Source: Myxococcales bacterium (GTDB lineage: Bacteria; Myxococcota_A; Polyangia; Polyangiales; DASUME01). Taken from it: a stretch of DNA of 64,000 nucleotides. Position 1 is the stretch's first letter. The number at the start of each line of letters is the position of its first letter. Shown piece by piece: positions 37,110 through 47,901 of the stretch. The stretch is taken from contig JASGJH010000001.1 in the NCBI GenBank assembly GCA_047601445.1, forward strand, positions 6,656,001 through 6,720,000, read 5' to 3'. Made by a program: the position numbers and the translations under genes. The notes beneath the pieces were generated by a model. It searched no databases. It saw only the letters and a program-made list of their open reading frames with translations, and was not told the DNA's origin.

Positions 37110-40100
37110 TGGGGCAGGGGCTTCGGCATGTTGCCTGCGTGATGGTGCTGCTCGCGGGCTGCTTTCGGGCCGAGAGTCCACCTCAAGACAACGCGATCGA
37201 CCATGATGACACCTCGCATCCGGATGGAGGCCACGAGCCGCCACCCGCTCCGCGCATTCACGCCTCGTGTCAGCAAGCACTGCCCCAGGAACTCCCGGAC
37301 GAGCCCGCGCAGACCCAGCCCGACGGCTGGAATCAGCTCCCTTGCGATCAAGCGCCCAAGCCCATCTCGTGTAGCGTGGATCGAGATCTGCCCCGGCGGC
37401 GGCACTTGTCTCTTGCTCAACGGCTATTCGGGCGTGTGCGCTCCCGACGCACCAGGCAGCGTGCCGTTCACCTATCGCGCCGGCGGTTGCCATCAGCCCG
37501 TGTCACCGGAATGGAAGAGTGCGGTGTGCTGCGCGGGGCTTGTCGGCGCGGACTGCACCAGCGCGCCCTATGACAAGCTGCGCAAGCCCGGCGAGACCTG
37601 CTCGCACCACGCGGACTGCGAGGGCGGACTCGTGTGCAAGCCCGATGCACTCGGCTTCGGCCTGTGCGTGTGCCCGCACGTGGAGCCCCAGCAGCTCAGC
37701 GAGCTTCCCGATTGTCGCCAGACCTGGTTCGGCGGTCAGGAGCCCACGCCTGCCATGGCGCCCGGCTCGTGCAAACCCGCTGGGGCGCCGGGTTGGTCCG
37801 TGGAGTCGCTGCCCGCGGGCATGGGCAATCAGCTGCTCGCGGCAGTCACCTACTCGGGCGACACCTGGCTCGTCACGCGGCGAGAGGAGAACCAGATCCG
37901 TGTCACGTACGGCCACGACCAGCAGTGGTACTCGCGTGATGTGGGCACCTACGACGTAAAAGCGCTCGACGCGGCCGTCATCGGTAACGGCTTGTACATC
38001 GCGTTGATCGCGGACGGGCAGCTCATTTACGTGGCGGCCACGGGCGTCGACAGCTGGAGTACCCGTGTGCTCTCGGAGCCCGAGCAGCAGCTCGCACCCA
38101 TGGTGAAGATCATCGCCGGCTCGGAGCAGCGTCCTGTGGTGCTCGCCGCGGAGCAGGATGCGGAAAGCGACTTCTCGAGCGTGTTCGCGCTGGTGCAGAA
38201 GGTGGGCGCGGGCGCCCCGACGTGGGACAAGATTCCCGAGATTGCCTCGGTGAAAGATCTGGTGTCCTTCGATGCCCGTGGTGGCGCGGCGCGCTTGCAC
38301 ACGTTGGTGGAGGCGAATCACGAGATCAAGCACCGACTCAGCGTGAACAGCGTCAGCATCGACGGCAGCGCCGGGGGCTCCACCTATGCGGGCTACGGGG
38401 CGGGCTTCATCAAGGAGTCGTGGGACACCCTGTATTGGCTTTCGGTGAGCCAGAGCCAGAATGGTAACGCACAGATCGTGCTCGATTTGTTGGAGGGCGG
38501 AGACTCGGTGCGCCGCCCGATTTACACCAATCCCACCAACTACCCGAACGCGCTCTCCACGCCGCATGGTGCCAGCACCACCGAAGGCAAGCTCTACACG
38601 GCGTTCCGCGGTCCCGTGGATCCCTTGCGTGCGGGCATCTTCTTGCTCGAGGGCAACACCGAGCAGGCCAGCGTGACGCGCCTGATCGACGAGCCCTTCG
38701 AGCCGCTCCTGGTGGTGAACAAGCCCTGGCAGGCAGAGGAAGAGCCCCACGTGTTCTACGAGGCGCGCCGATCGAGCACCGACGACCCGAGCGTGCTCGT
38801 CTCCGACATTCGCCACCTGTTCAAGGGCAGCTGCCGCTACGAACGCAATGGCCAGTGCGCTGCGGCCATCCAGGGCGACCTGCCACCCAATCCCACGCTC
38901 ACCATGATCCACGACCGCCCGCTGTTCGATCAGTGGCGCGATCTGGACTGCGGCAAGGTCGCGGACTACCCGCTGTGCGGGGTAGGGCACTTCGACGACT
39001 CCATCAGCTTCAACTGCGACGTGTGTCTGACCCCGGTGGACGCGACCGAAGGCGTGTGCACGCCCTTCTCGCACTTCTCCACCTGCCTGGACAGCGTGCT
39101 CTCCATGAGCGATGGCCTGTGCGGCGCTTGCGCCCCCTTCGAGGCCAAGGCGCGCGCTTGCTGTGCGGGGCTTGCAGGCTTCGATTGCAAGGCTTGGCCG
39201 TACCACCACGAAGCCAAGCGCGGGCAGGACTGCGCGACCCACGAGGACTGCGAGCCCGGGCTCATCTGCCGCACCGTGAGTCCTTTCCTGGCGCGCTGCA
39301 CGTGCCCCGAGGAAGACGGCAGCGGTTTCGGTTCGCCCTACTGCGCCGAGCTCGCCAAGGAGGATGGCAAGTGTCGACCTGCCAAGTTGGCGGGCTACGT
39401 ATACGAGGAGCTGCCCTCGCCGCCGGGGCAGTTCGTGGCGGGCTCGCCCGCCGCCAGCGTCGACAAGGTCTACGTGTACGTGGGACCGAGCGCCCAGCTC
39501 TTCACGCGTGAGAGCGGTGCCTGGACCGCGCGCGACATGCAGCACACCATCTCCGACGGAACCCTCGCGGTGGACTCCCAGGGCCGACTCCACATCGTGT
39601 CGACCAACGGCTACTGGGTAAGCTACGAGCGCCTCGACCCGGATGGCACGCTGCAAGCTCGCGCGTTGGTCAGCGTCGACCTCGACAACATCCCGGACAC
39701 GGACTGGCGTCACCCGGTGATCGCCCTGCGCGACGATGATACCCCCGTGGTGCTCATCAAGGACGACGTGACGAACAGCGTGCGCGTGCTGCTATCGGCG
39801 GGCGATCCCATTGGGGACGACTGGCTCACCGGTGAGCTCTTCGTGGCCGCGAAGTATGTGGAGAATCTGGCGGCTCACGTGGACGCTGAGGGCGACCTCT
39901 ACACTTTCGTGAGCGAGGTGCACGGCGAGACCACGCTGATCCGACTCAGCGGCGAGCAGCTCCAGACCGCCACCTTGGGTAGCGTCGACGTGGGCGCCGC
40001 GGTGAGTGATGAAGCCGGCATCGAGGAGTGGGTGAGCCTGAGCGTGCAGGATGATGCCGTGAGCCTGCACGAGATCTTCGAGAACGATGCCACGCGCCTC

Positions 40101-40397
40101 ATCGACATCCCAGCGAGCGACATGTGGACTCCGCCACGCGCACTGAGGCGCCCCAACGGCGACCTCGTACTCAGCTATCAGAGCATCATCGACGATGAGG
40201 GCATCATGCTCTACGAGGAGACCGCGAGCGGCAAGAAGAAGCGCGAGCTACTCGACCAATCCTTCCGCAACGCCATGCTCACGGACCCTGCGGGCAAGCT
40301 GCACTTCATCGTGGATATGGGCATGTTCCCGTCGAGTCAGTTGTTCGAGGATTTGGGGGTGAGGCACTATTACGAGGGGAGTTGTCCAGCGCCGTGA
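37106..40397 (+). pseudogene. Large lipoprotein with two [Cys-rich module + beta-propeller-like] units; +1 frameshift near 37378-37390
   Basis: Lipobox LAGC in the 37106 frame (ATGA overlap with the upstream gene); remaining ~1000 aa in the 37203 frame. Confidence 0.72.
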
Positions 40398-40434
40398 GGG
40401 ATTGGATGGGTTCGTCGTGGCGGATGGTTGGAGA

Positions 40435-40828
40435 GGGATCGTCGCCGTCGCCGTCGCCGTCAACCGCTGGCGCTGTCAACCGCTGCGCTGTCAACCGCTG
40501 GCGCTGTCAGCATGCCCTCGCGGGATCGACGAAGCGAGGCGAACCGACCAAGCAACGAACGCGATGGAGCACTGATAGACGTCGAGCTTTTGGAAACTGA
40601 GCATTGCCTTCATATCGGCCGCGAGGTCTGGGAGTTGCTCCGCGACGCGTCATCAACTCCAGCTCCACCCCGGCACCAAGTACCCCAAGCCCCACCTCGC
40701 CGTTGACAGCGCAGCGGTTGACAGCGCAGCGGTTGACAGCGCAGCGGTTGACAGCGCAGCGGTTGACAGCGCAGCGGTTGACGTGGTCAGCGCAGGCGGT
40801 CGACGGCGACGGCGACGGCGACGATCCC
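40435..40828. mobile_element. MITE-like element with 27-bp perfect terminal inverted repeats and internal 15-bp tandem arrays
   Basis: GGGATCGTCGCCGTCGCCGTCGCCGTC (40435-40461) is inverted at 40802-40828. GTTGACAGCGCAGCG x5 (40702-40776) and about 3 inverted copies (40459-40511). Confidence 0.65.
40491..40604 (-). pseudogene. Truncated four-helix-bundle (23S-IVS protein/Avd-like) gene
   Basis: Own translation MLSFQKLDVYQCSIAFVAWSVRLASSIPRGHADSASG* resembles the family N-terminus (FxKLDVY...PRG); it ends in the repeat array. Confidence 0.65.
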
Positions 40829-40926
40829 CCTCTCCCCCAACCCCCAACCGGGATCCCCACCCCTTCTTCCCACCACCCCCCCGACAATTCCTGCATCCTT
40901 CTCCTCTCTCACCCGTCTGGATCCCC

Positions 40927-43900
40927 ATGCTCCGCCTGCTCCACCGTCTTGGTGACCTGTCTCGCATTCAGCGCCGTGCGCGTTTCACCCCTGCGTTCTT
41001 GGTGCTCCTCCTGGGAGTGAGCGCTTGCGCCTCGAACGCCGTTCCCAACGGGCTTCCCGTGTCCAAACCCGATGACCCGGGTGCTCCTGCCAAGCTGGAG
41101 TGGGCCGAGGCCGATCACACGGGGGCTCTACCACCTCATCTCACCGGCACCGACGGTGAGGGACTGGCCCTGGTGTCGGTGAACGCGCAAGTCATCGTGC
41201 AGCCGCCGCTGGCCTTCACCGAGCTCCACCTGCGCTTCCGCAACCCGGAGCCGCGCCGCCGCGAAGGTAACTTCGAGATCACGCTGCCGCCCAGTGCCGC
41301 GCTCTCGCGTTTTGCCATGCGTGTGAACGAGACGTGGATGGAAGGCGAAGTCGTGGAGCGCCAGAAGGCCCGCGCCACTTACGAGGACTTCTTGCACCGC
41401 AGGCAGGACCCGGCGTTGCTCGAGCATGCGGCGGGCAATCAGTTCAGCGCGCGCGTGTTCCCCATCGAGGCCAATCAAGACAAGGAGATCATCCTCTCCT
41501 ACAGCGAAGAGCTGAGCGCTCAACAAATCTATCGCCTGTATCTCGCCGGGCTGCCCACGCTCGAGGAGCTCAAGGTGCGCGCCCTGGCCAGCGACGGTGA
41601 GCACACGCTCGAGCTAGCCCACAGCGCCGTGCGCGGTGACGTGGTGCTCACGGGTGGACGCGGCGCGGGCTCCGCCGATCTCGCCATGCACGCGGGCGAT
41701 CTGTTTTTGGCGCGACTCACGCCCAAGCTCGACACCAAGCCCGATCAGCTCAAGTCCCTCACCGTGTTGTTCGACACCAGCGCCTCGAGTGCGCTCGGTT
41801 TCGACGCGCGCGCCGAGCGCGTGGCGCGGCTGGTGGAGCGGCTCAGTGCAAGCACCAAGGAAGACTTCACAGTGAAGGTCTTCGCCTTCGACAACACGCT
41901 GGTGCCCGTTTACGCAGGCCCCGCCTCTGGTCTCGTCGACGAGGGCTTGCCCGCACTGCAAAAGCGCAGGGCGCTCGGTGCATCCAACCTGCAGGGCGCG
42001 CTCACGGCGCTTGCGACGCAGCCTTCGAGCGATCGCCTGTTGTTGGTGAGCGACGCGGTGGCCACCGTGGGTGACACCGAACCCGAGAAGCTCGGCGAGG
42101 CCGTGAAAAAGCTCGGTGCCCAGGGCCTTGCACGTCTCGACGTGATGCTCACGGGCGGCATCTACGACCAGACCCTCGCTGCGAGCCTCGCGAGTGCGCT
42201 GCGCGGGCATCCGGGTGTGGTGCTGCAAGACGATGGTGATCTCGATGCCGCCGGCGCGGCCCTCATGAAGCGGCCGGTGGCCGATGTGGCGATCCAAGTG
42301 GAGCACGCTTCCTGGTGGTGGCCCCGCCGTGTGCCCTCGATGTTGCCCGGTCAGAGCGTGACGGTGATCGCCAACGTGAAGGGCCAAGACATCCCCGCCT
42401 TCCACGTGGGGCAGACTCCGCCCGTGCGTCTCGACCCCCTGGAGGTGTCCGAGCCCCTGCTCAAGCGCGCCTGGGCGCGCGCCAAGCTCAGTGAACTCGA
42501 GGAAAAGCTGGCCAAGCTCGCCCCCGACGACCTCGCGCAGCGTGGCAACCTGGAGGCCGAGCTCGTGTCTCTTTCGATGCGCCAGCGCGTGCTCTCGAGC
42601 CGCACGGCGCTGCTGGTGCTCGAGACCGAGCAAGACTACGCGCGCTTCAATATCGACCGTACGGCCCTGAGCGATATCCTCACCGTGGGCCCGAGCGGTA
42701 TTCAGTTACTCGACGGTCGCTCGCGCGGCACGCAGGTGGCGAGCGCTCCGGTCCCGGCCAGCAATCCGGTGCGTCGCGAGGTCGCAGCGCCCGAGGGCGC
42801 CATGAGCAAGCAAGCCGAGGCGCCGGCGCCCAACAACAGGATGGCCCCCGAAGCCCAAGCGGCTGCCGACGCGCTGCTACAAGGCGCACTGCAAGCCAAC
42901 GGGGAGTCCGCCGAAGACGTGCTCGCCCCTTCGTCCGCCGCTGCACCCGAACCGGCTGCCCCCCCTCCGCCCATGGCTCAACCCATCACGGAGCGCGAAC
43001 GCGAGATGCTCGACCGCGCCTCCCGCAACGTGCGTGCCGATCGTGCGCCTGGTGCTGGTGAAGGCCGCCTCGACGACCTCCTCAACCGCAGTCTCGGCGG
43101 AGGCAGCGTGGGTGCGGGCATGGGGCCGGCCGCTGCTCCACGCGCTGCCAGGCCAAGTCACGGCGCCCTCGCCGAGGGGAGCAGCATCAGCGAAGAGCGC
43201 GCCATCCGCGGTAGGGTCACCATGGCGAGGCCCGTGTTTCGCTCGATTGGCGAGCTCGAAACGGAGGTCGTCGAGCGCGAGTTCAGGAAGCGCTTGCGCG
43301 CGCTGCAAATCTGTTACGAGCAGCAGCTGCGTCGGGACCCCAGCTTGGCCGGCATGGTGATCTTTGCCTTCCAGGTGAGCACCGATGGCATCGTGGACAA
43401 GGTCATGGTCGACCGTGCCGACGTGGACCAGAGCGTGGTCACGTGCACCTTGGACACGGTCAAGCGCTTCCGCTTTCAGCAGCCCATGAAGGGCAGCAGC
43501 AGCTTCCGTGTCGTGCTCTCCTACGCCCCCGTCGTCGAACAAGGTGTGCTGGTCGCACAGGAACAGGTTCGCGAACCAGAGCATCCCCCGGTGCTCACGC
43601 TCGCCGACGCGCTCGAAGGCCCGCTGCTCTCCGTGCTCAACTCCATCGCCGCGCGCAACCTCCAGGGCGCCCTCGCGCAAGCCTGGCGCTATCGCGCCGA
43701 AGAGCCCGGCAGCGTGCTCGCGCTGCTCGCGCTCGGCGAAGCCCTCGAGGCCAACAACGACCCGATCGGTGCCGCACGCGCCTTCGGCTCCATCATCGAC
43801 CTGTTCCCCTCGCGCGCCGACATGCGCCGCACCGCCGGCAACTACCTCGAAGAGCTGACCGGTCAGGAAGCCCTCGCGCTCGCCCTCGACAGCTACAAGA

Positions 43901-44595
43901 AGGCCCGCGAGCAGCGCCCCGACCATCCCAACTCGCATCGGTTCTACGCGTTCGCCCTGGTCAAGGCCGGCCGCCCTGCCGAAGCCTTTCAGGTGCTGCG
44001 CGAGGGCTTCACGCGCGGCTACGCGCCCGGCCGCTTCGAGGGCGCTGCGACCATCCTGAAGGAGGATATGACCGCCGTCGCCAGCGCCTGGCTCGCCCAC
44101 GACCCGAGCGCCAAGGCCACCATCGACGAGGCCCTGAGCTCGCTCATGCTCAGCCGCGACACCACACCCAGCCTGCGCTTCGTGCTCTCCTGGGAGACCG
44201 ACGCCAACGACGTCGACTTCCACATCTACGATGGCCAAGGCGGCCACGCCTTCCATGCCAGTCGCGAGCTCCCGAGCGGCGGCCACCTGCTCGCCGACGT
44301 GCGCGACGGCTACGGCCCCGAGCGCTTCCTCATCGAGCAACCCCGCGCCTTCCCGTACCAACTCATGGTCCACTACTACAGCCGCGGTCCCATGGGCGTG
44401 GGCATGGGTAAGCTCGAGGCGGTCTACCACGACGGCAAGGGACACCTCAGCTTCGAGGAGCGCCCCTTCGTGATCATGAAGGACCGCGCGAGCGTGGACC
44501 TTGGCAAGGTGGGCAGAGAGGCCGCGCTCTTCAAGGCACCGAGTGCCAAGGCGCCGATTACCAAGGAGAAGGCCGCGGGCGACACGAGCGGCTGA
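40927..44595 (+). CDS. VIT + vWA-like + AgmX/TonB-C-like + TPR + YfaP/DUF2135-like lipoprotein
   Basis: EGEVVERQKARATYEDFLHRRQDPALLE (VIT), FDTSAS (MIDAS-like), ICYEQQLRRDPSLAG, LSWETDANDVDFH...DVRDGYGPE. Confidence 0.85.
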   Translation: MLRLLHRLGDLSRIQRRARFTPAFLVLLLGVSACASNAVPNGLPVSKPDDPGAPAKLEWAEADHTGALPPHLTGTDGEGLALVSVNAQVIVQPPLAFTELHLRFRNPEPRRREGNFEITLPPSAALSRFAMRVNETWMEGEVVERQKARATYEDFLHRRQDPALLEHAAGNQFSARVFPIEANQDKEIILSYSEELSAQQIYRLYLAGLPTLEELKVRALASDGEHTLELAHSAVRGDVVLTGGRGAGSADLAMHAGDLFLARLTPKLDTKPDQLKSLTVLFDTSASSALGFDARAERVARLVERLSASTKEDFTVKVFAFDNTLVPVYAGPASGLVDEGLPALQKRRALGASNLQGALTALATQPSSDRLLLVSDAVATVGDTEPEKLGEAVKKLGAQGLARLDVMLTGGIYDQTLAASLASALRGHPGVVLQDDGDLDAAGAALMKRPVADVAIQVEHASWWWPRRVPSMLPGQSVTVIANVKGQDIPAFHVGQTPPVRLDPLEVSEPLLKRAWARAKLSELEEKLAKLAPDDLAQRGNLEAELVSLSMRQRVLSSRTALLVLETEQDYARFNIDRTALSDILTVGPSGIQLLDGRSRGTQVASAPVPASNPVRREVAAPEGAMSKQAEAPAPNNRMAPEAQAAADALLQGALQANGESAEDVLAPSSAAAPEPAAPPPPMAQPITEREREMLDRASRNVRADRAPGAGEGRLDDLLNRSLGGGSVGAGMGPAAAPRAARPSHGALAEGSSISEERAIRGRVTMARPVFRSIGELETEVVEREFRKRLRALQICYEQQLRRDPSLAGMVIFAFQVSTDGIVDKVMVDRADVDQSVVTCTLDTVKRFRFQQPMKGSSSFRVVLSYAPVVEQGVLVAQEQVREPEHPPVLTLADALEGPLLSVLNSIAARNLQGALAQAWRYRAEEPGSVLALLALGEALEANNDPIGAARAFGSIIDLFPSRADMRRTAGNYLEELTGQEALALALDSYKKAREQRPDHPNSHRFYAFALVKAGRPAEAFQVLREGFTRGYAPGRFEGAATILKEDMTAVASAWLAHDPSAKATIDEALSSLMLSRDTTPSLRFVLSWETDANDVDFHIYDGQGGHAFHASRELPSGGHLLADVRDGYGPERFLIEQPRAFPYQLMVHYYSRGPMGVGMGKLEAVYHDGKGHLSFEERPFVIMKDRASVDLGKVGREAALFKAPSAKAPITKEKAAGDTSG

Positions 44596-44727
44596 CCTCT
44601 CGAGAATGCTCGAGGATTTCGCGGGGAGTTGAGGCACCCGCTTCGATCTTACCTGTCACGTAATCGAGGGCGCCGCCCGATCCAGACATGCTGCTCTCCA
44701 GACGCATTGGCGCAAAGGAGGCGAGAC

Positions 44728-45624
44728 ATGTCCGGCGATCTGGAGGCGTTCTTGGCAGCACCCGTAAGGCGCGTGGAGATAGGCACGACGTTGGCCTATC
44801 GAAAGTTCGGGCAGGGACCGGCCGTGGTGTTGGTGCATGGCTGGCCCCTCAACGGTGCGACCTACCGAGGTCTGGTACGCGTGTTGTCCCCGCACATGAC
44901 CTGCTACGTGCCGGATCTGCCTGGCTCAGGCGAGTCGCCCTGGGATCCACGTACGCGCGAGGTGTTTGCCGATTGGGGAGCGCTGTTGGTGCGCTTCGTC
45001 GATGCGTTGCGGCTGGATGACGTGGCCTTGATTGGACACGACTCGGGTGGTGCTATCGCGCGCGTGGCTGCCGCGGCTTTGGGGGAGCGCGTGCGCTTGC
45101 TCGGCTTGATCGCCACGGAGGTCACGAACTACGTGCCGCCGCTCGTGCGCTTCTACCAGGCGCTCACTCGCCTGCCCGGGGCCGTACACCTGATGAACGC
45201 GCTGATGAAGCAGCGCTGGTACCGGCGCTCGCGCCTCGGCTTCGGCGACTGCTTCGCGAATGTGGATCACATCGACGGCGAGTTTCACCGTGCCTGCGTC
45301 GAGCCCAACCTGAGAGAGCCCAAGGGGGCGGCGCTCACGTTGGCCCATGTGGACCTGAGCCTGAGCATGCGCCTCGCCCAGTTGCATGCGCGCATTCAAG
45401 CGCCCGTGGTCACGGTGTGGGGAGACCAGGACGTGTTCTTCCCCATCGCCCGCGCCCGTGCGATGCAGCGGGAGTTCCCGCGCCCGCTCGCGCTCCACGT
45501 GTTGCCCGGCCAGAAGCTGCTGGTGCATGACGAGCGCCCCGACCTCGTGGGGCAGGTGCTGATCCCCCACTTGCAGCGCGTGAACGAGACCGCGGCCCTG
45601 ATCTCGGCGCGCGGCGAGGCATAA
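44728..45624 (+). CDS. Alpha/beta hydrolase, Asp-nucleophile (epoxide hydrolase/dehalogenase-like)
   Basis: HGWP, PDLPGSG, GHDSGG, WGDQD. Confidence 0.88.
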   Translation: MSGDLEAFLAAPVRRVEIGTTLAYRKFGQGPAVVLVHGWPLNGATYRGLVRVLSPHMTCYVPDLPGSGESPWDPRTREVFADWGALLVRFVDALRLDDVALIGHDSGGAIARVAAAALGERVRLLGLIATEVTNYVPPLVRFYQALTRLPGAVHLMNALMKQRWYRRSRLGFGDCFANVDHIDGEFHRACVEPNLREPKGAALTLAHVDLSLSMRLAQLHARIQAPVVTVWGDQDVFFPIARARAMQREFPRPLALHVLPGQKLLVHDERPDLVGQVLIPHLQRVNETAALISARGEA

Positions 45625-45631
45625 TCGGGCC

Positions 45632-46441
45632 ATGGGTGAAGGCAAGCTGTTCACGGTGCTGCTGAAGCACTACCGCAGGAGCCGCGGCTTGAGTCAGCTC
45701 GACCTGGCGAGCGCGGCCGAGATCTCCGCGCGCCACTTGAGCTTTCTCGAGACCGGGCGGGCCAAGCCCAGCCGCGACATGGTGCTTAGGCTCGCTGGCA
45801 CGCTGGGGTTGGGACTGCGCGACGTGAACGGCCTGCTCGTGGCCGCGGGGCACCCGGAAAAGTACGCGGAAACTGCGCTGGAGCAGGTGAGCCCGCCCAT
45901 CCGCGCCGCGCTCGAGCGCATGCTCTCGGCCCAAGAACCCTTTCCCTTGATCGTCTTCGACGGCCACTACGAGGTCCGCATGATGAACGCGGCAGCGCGC
46001 CGCCTGCTGCGCTTCGCCATGCCGACCTGGGATCCGCACACGCCGCTCAACATTCTCAGACTGTGCTTCGATCCCCAGCTCGGCCGGTCGATGATCGAGA
46101 ACTGGGAGAGCGTCGCGCGGCACCTGCTCCAGCGGCTCGCCCGCGATCACCTGCTGACCGGGCGCGAATCCTTGGGCCTGCTGTTGAGCCAGATGCTGGC
46201 CTATCCCGACGTCCCGCAGGACTTCCGCACGATCGATCCGAACGCCAATGTGGATCCCGTGTTCGATCTGCATTTTCGTGTTCACGGCGCGAGCATGCGC
46301 TTTCTCACCACGCTCACCTCCTTCGACATGCCGCGTCACGTATTGCTGGATGAGCTCCGCATCGAGAGCTACTTCCCGCTCGACGAGGAGACGCGGCAGC
46401 TCTGCGAGCAGCTCGCGCGGATGGAGGACGGCCGGGCCTAG
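45632..46441 (+). CDS. XRE-family regulator with MmyB-like ligand-binding domain
   Basis: SQLDLA..AEISARHLSFLETGRAKPSR, PFP, ENW, ELRIESYFPLD. Confidence 0.9.
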   Translation: MGEGKLFTVLLKHYRRSRGLSQLDLASAAEISARHLSFLETGRAKPSRDMVLRLAGTLGLGLRDVNGLLVAAGHPEKYAETALEQVSPPIRAALERMLSAQEPFPLIVFDGHYEVRMMNAAARRLLRFAMPTWDPHTPLNILRLCFDPQLGRSMIENWESVARHLLQRLARDHLLTGRESLGLLLSQMLAYPDVPQDFRTIDPNANVDPVFDLHFRVHGASMRFLTTLTSFDMPRHVLLDELRIESYFPLDEETRQLCEQLARMEDGRA

Positions 46442-46536
46442 ACAAAGGCAAGCCGAAGGTCGCGAGTTCTGCGCTGTCACCGGCCGGGACTTCGATGGCA
46501 TTGACCCCCAACCAGGCGATCGGTTAGTCGTGGGCG

Positions 46537-47814
46537 GTGCAAGGCTCCTTTCGCGCGCTCTCAAACCTGCCTCTACGTCGGCTGCGTGGAGTCTCCGCGG
46601 CCGCGGCCCTCTCGCTTGCTGCCTGCGGCCCGTCATCGGACGGCGCGACCCACGGCGGCATCGACGCGGCGGTTGGACCTGGGCATCACCAAGCGGACGC
46701 CAGCATGGACGATGAGCCGCAGCCGACCTCCGATGCCGGGCGCGACGCGGGCCACCACGCAAGCGGCTCAGGCGACGCCAGCACGGACGCGGCTACCCCT
46801 GAAGACTATCCGCCCCTCGTCGACTGCGGATTCAAGGACTGGAGCACGCCCTTCACCTGGACACCCACCAGCGTGACGTTGAAGAGCTACACGACCGCCC
46901 CCAACGATGCGTACGAGTCCTATATCGGCTCGCCCGACGTCCACGACAACGGTGCGGTCTGGGACATGTTCTACGCGATGAGCGACGCCAAGGGCGTCGG
47001 CAGAATCGGGCACGCCACCTCCCAGGACCGAGGGGTCACCTGGAAACGCGACGCGGTGCGCATGGACCCCTACGGCAACACCTACGCCTCCGCATTCCTC
47101 GACACGCCGTCGGCCCTCTACGAAGGCGGCGCGCTCAGCCTCTACGTGTTCGCCAACTCCATGCTCAAGACGCCGGGCGGGCGCATCGGCTATTCAGTCC
47201 GCAAAGACGAAGCGTGGACCTATCCGTTCGCCGACGCCGTGTTGAGCGCCGGCGCCGAGACCGCCTGGGACGGCCTCTGGGTCGAATCTCCCGAGGTGAA
47301 GCGCATCGGCAAGAGCTACTTCATGTGGTTCACCGGCATCGATAGCCAGTGGATTGTGGGACACGGTGTGGCCACCTCCGAAGACGGAGTGCACTGGAAA
47401 AAACACGAGCAGAATCCCGTGGTGCGCGCCTCCGACGACCCTGCTCGCTTCGACTCTTTTCTGCCCGGCGGAACCAGCGTGGTTCAGACACCGAGCGGCG
47501 CCTTCCTGATGTTCTACGCCTGCGGCTCACGCTACCAGGCAGCCTTTCCGCCGCTGGTCGGCAACCTGTGCCTCTCCATCTCTGCGCCTGGCGATGGCAA
47601 GACCTTCCACAAGTACCCATCGGATGCAGCGCCCACGCCGATGATCCCCAGCTCGTACTTCGCGGGACTCAACCAAGACGGCGTGACCATCATCAACGGC
47701 CCCATCAATCCCAGCGTCATCGCCGACCGCGAACAGGGCGTGCTCAAGATCTACTACGAGAACCAGTCGAGCTTTCTGGGGTTGCTCACGCTGCCCATCT
47801 GCAAGGGGATGTAG
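46537..47814 (+). CDS. Lipoprotein with five-bladed beta-propeller glycosidase-like domain
   Basis: Lipobox LAAC; MFYA, IGHATSQD.GVTW, MWFTG, ATSEDGVHWKK..NPV. Confidence 0.75.
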   Translation: MQGSFRALSNLPLRRLRGVSAAAALSLAACGPSSDGATHGGIDAAVGPGHHQADASMDDEPQPTSDAGRDAGHHASGSGDASTDAATPEDYPPLVDCGFKDWSTPFTWTPTSVTLKSYTTAPNDAYESYIGSPDVHDNGAVWDMFYAMSDAKGVGRIGHATSQDRGVTWKRDAVRMDPYGNTYASAFLDTPSALYEGGALSLYVFANSMLKTPGGRIGYSVRKDEAWTYPFADAVLSAGAETAWDGLWVESPEVKRIGKSYFMWFTGIDSQWIVGHGVATSEDGVHWKKHEQNPVVRASDDPARFDSFLPGGTSVVQTPSGAFLMFYACGSRYQAAFPPLVGNLCLSISAPGDGKTFHKYPSDAAPTPMIPSSYFAGLNQDGVTIINGPINPSVIADREQGVLKIYYENQSSFLGLLTLPICKGM

Positions 47815-47901
47815 CGGTCACACTCTGTCTGGGACTTCAACGCGATCTTCCACGGTGTGGGACCTACCTGCTCCAAGCCCTCGGTGTTATCTCTTCTGGG
47901 C

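Noticed and set aside
40491..40604. Diversity-generating retroelement suggested by the Avd-like gene
   Set aside because: No reverse transcriptase and no TR/VR pair differing at adenines was seen.
40702..40782. CRISPR array
   Set aside because: The 15-bp units are directly adjacent with no spacers, and there are no cas genes in the window.
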